A stretch of DNA of 64,000 nt from a virus. The notes beneath the pieces are model-generated. The model was not told where the DNA came from, did not search any database, and saw only the letters and a program-made list of their open reading frames with translations. Below, in pieces: positions 62,515 through 64,000 of this stretch. Made by a program: the position numbers and the translations under genes. The stretch is taken from positions 64,001 to 128,000 of the IMG/VR virus record IMGVR_UViG_3300045988_174371, one strand, 5' to 3'. Every line of letters starts with the position of its first letter. Position 1 is the first letter of the stretch.

Positions 62515-62568
62515 AAAAGGAACAGCGTCTCACGCCCCGTAGATGGGTAGTGAGACGCTGTTCCTTTT
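62515..62568 (-). terminator. hairpin terminator after 62575-62949
   Basis: AAAAGGAACAGCGTCTCAC / GTGAGACGCTGTTCCTTTT 19-bp inverted repeat. Confidence 0.75.
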
Positions 62569-62574
62569 CAGGCA

Positions 62575-62949
62575 TTAGTCGGCGTAGCGAGTCAGAAGTT
62601 TACGGACTGCAAATCCGACAGAGCCGGTAGTGTCGCCGTATCGGTGGGGTCCACAGCAGGCGGGGCAGTCATCCTCATCGAAAGGCTCTTCCTCTGCGTC
62701 GTACTCTTCCTCGTTGTAGGTGCAGTCTTCGTCGTCATCGAAACCTGCAAAGGTTACTTCGCGGGATTCGTCATCGAGACGGTAGATAGAGAATCGTTCG
62801 CCACCGTCGAGTTCAAACTCAATGAGTCGAGGCGCGTTAGCGGTGTCCATTTTGTAGCAACACAGCGATTCCTCTGCTTCGATTGCCTGCGCGAGAGTTT
62901 CGAGCTCAACGCCTTCGCGGAGAGTGAAGCCAAATTCGGGAGAAGCCAT
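62575..62949 (-). CDS. very acidic small protein (124 aa) with C-terminal Cys pair
   Basis: CTACCGAAAGGGTAAC leader; long D/E runs (DDDEDCTYNEEEYDAEEEPFDEDD). Confidence 0.7.
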   Translation of the reverse strand: MASPEFGFTLREGVELETLAQAIEAEESLCCYKMDTANAPRLIEFELDGGERFSIYRLDDESREVTFAGFDDDEDCTYNEEEYDAEEEPFDEDDCPACCGPHRYGDTTGSVGFAVRKLLTRYAD

Positions 62950-63025
62950 GATTGTTACCCTTTCGGTAGCTGGTTAATGATTTACGGCTTAGGGGTTTTT
63001 TCGCATCCCCTTGCCTTATATCTAT

Positions 63026-63055
63026 AGTCTACCACAGATTTAGAACTACACACAA
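63026..63055 (-). promoter_or_regulatory. family promoter (-35 TTGTGT, TGg-TAGACT)
   Basis: upstream of CDS 62575-62949. Confidence 0.55.
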
Positions 63056-63138
63056 ATCGGTTTTGCGTGGGTTAGCTCACACTCTAGGCGGGTAAAGCGC
63101 CCCTCCAATATATACATGCTCACATCCTCACCACACCG

Positions 63139-63963
63139 CTACATGAGCCCATCCTCTGCAACCCACCCCTCTACTGCACCCGCATGTTCATCCCAGTATG
63201 GGCTGTCTTTAAAGTTGCCGCTCATGTAAGCGTTCATATGCGCCGTATCATCCGCCCAGCCTTTACATTGAGAGTAGGCAAATGAAAGGGCTTGTTGATG
63301 CTCCTTGCCTAGCTTCACGTATTCCACCGGCGATACGTACCCAAGGGTGACATGCGGTGTAAACAGCTTCACCCAGGAATCACTACCAGCGACTTCATCA
63401 GGTACCCACCGCATGAGCTCTGCTACATGCAAAATAATTCGCCCCTCTGCATTGAACTGCCTTGCCGGGTATCGTCTACCTTTTGGCGTTACCACGGACA
63501 GTATACTACCCCCGGCATTCCGGGCATATTCTTCCTCTAGCTGACGTTTAGTAACCTTCAGGGATTCTGCCACCGCTTCACTTGTCAGCATTTCTCCCGC
63601 TAGGGATTCAGGGATAATGCTGGACGACCCACGGTCACCACTAAGTGCCTGCGTGTACTTGTATCGGGCGGCTAAGGTTGCCACAGGCGGCAAACCGGCA
63701 ATACCGCCTAGTACGGCAATGTTTTCGCTTCCACCTTGCAGACTGCCTCCAATGCTTGCCGAAGGTAAGGCGGCGGTATTGATGAGGTCAAGAATTGGGC
63801 GCACCTGCTCAGCGTCTTGCGGCTCAGGATGCCCTTTATGGGTGAAGTACTGGAAGTACTCATCGAATAGGTGGACGAGGCTGTCTGGGGTGGTTACCGT
63901 GTCGAAGGTTGCAGTGATGTATGTTAGCGGCATATTGACTGCCATGTCGTGCAATGTTGTCAT
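63139..63963 (-). CDS. hypothetical protein (274 aa), possible HTH + antitoxin-like C-terminal domain
   Basis: GGGAGGA RBS; MLTSEAVAESLKVTKRQL looks like an HTH; the following W..LFTPHVTLGYVSPVEYV resembles Xre/MbcA/ParS-type (DUF2384) C-terminal domains (weak, by eye). Confidence 0.7.
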   Translation of the reverse strand: MTTLHDMAVNMPLTYITATFDTVTTPDSLVHLFDEYFQYFTHKGHPEPQDAEQVRPILDLINTAALPSASIGGSLQGGSENIAVLGGIAGLPPVATLAARYKYTQALSGDRGSSSIIPESLAGEMLTSEAVAESLKVTKRQLEEEYARNAGGSILSVVTPKGRRYPARQFNAEGRIILHVAELMRWVPDEVAGSDSWVKLFTPHVTLGYVSPVEYVKLGKEHQQALSFAYSQCKGWADDTAHMNAYMSGNFKDSPYWDEHAGAVEGWVAEDGLM

Positions 63964-64000
63964 AGGTAGTCATCCTCCCTGTTTTATAGGTATAGGAAAC

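Noticed and set aside
1751-63055. The recurrent ~30-nt motif could be mistaken for a CRISPR-like or stoperator repeat array
   Set aside because: Copies are separated by whole genes rather than by uniform short spacers. They are oriented with the downstream gene and match a -35/extended -10 promoter architecture.

Overview
This 64-kb window is gene-dense and mostly minus-strand. It reads as an accessory or early region of a large actinobacteriophage, or a phage-derived island; that assignment is inference from promoter type (TGn-TAnnnT extended -10), lipoboxes and gene style. I call about 84 CDS, but only a few have a supportable function: thymidylate synthase (thyA), dihydrofolate reductase (folA), a BI-1/YccA-like membrane protein, a small HTH protein and several lipoproteins. 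There are two tRNAs, Leu-GAG and Arg-CCG. I found no rRNA, CRISPR array, integrase, transposase or reverse transcriptase. Three things stand out. (1) One promoter family (-35 TTGCAt, 17-18 nt spacer, AAATcTGTGr-TAnACT) recurs more than 30 times, usually as a terminator-promoter-hairpin leader-CCGAAAGG RBS cassette, so most genes are separate transcription units. (2) Paralogy is extreme: there are seven copies of a multi-TM protein with a conserved C-terminal domain, and many two- or three-member families of small acidic proteins. (3) There are several non-coding candidates. The most interesting is an unclassified ~125-130-nt structured RNA present twice (24069-24191 and 60449-60579). Its hairpins are kept by compensatory changes, and one copy has its own TGGTATAAT promoter and sits in a locus where it appears to have replaced most of a paralogous gene. 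A second candidate is a ~250-nt RNA unit (about 44546-44797) with a near-perfect sigma-70-type promoter and an intrinsic terminator. All functions beyond thyA/folA/tRNA are inference and need database searches and transcript mapping.
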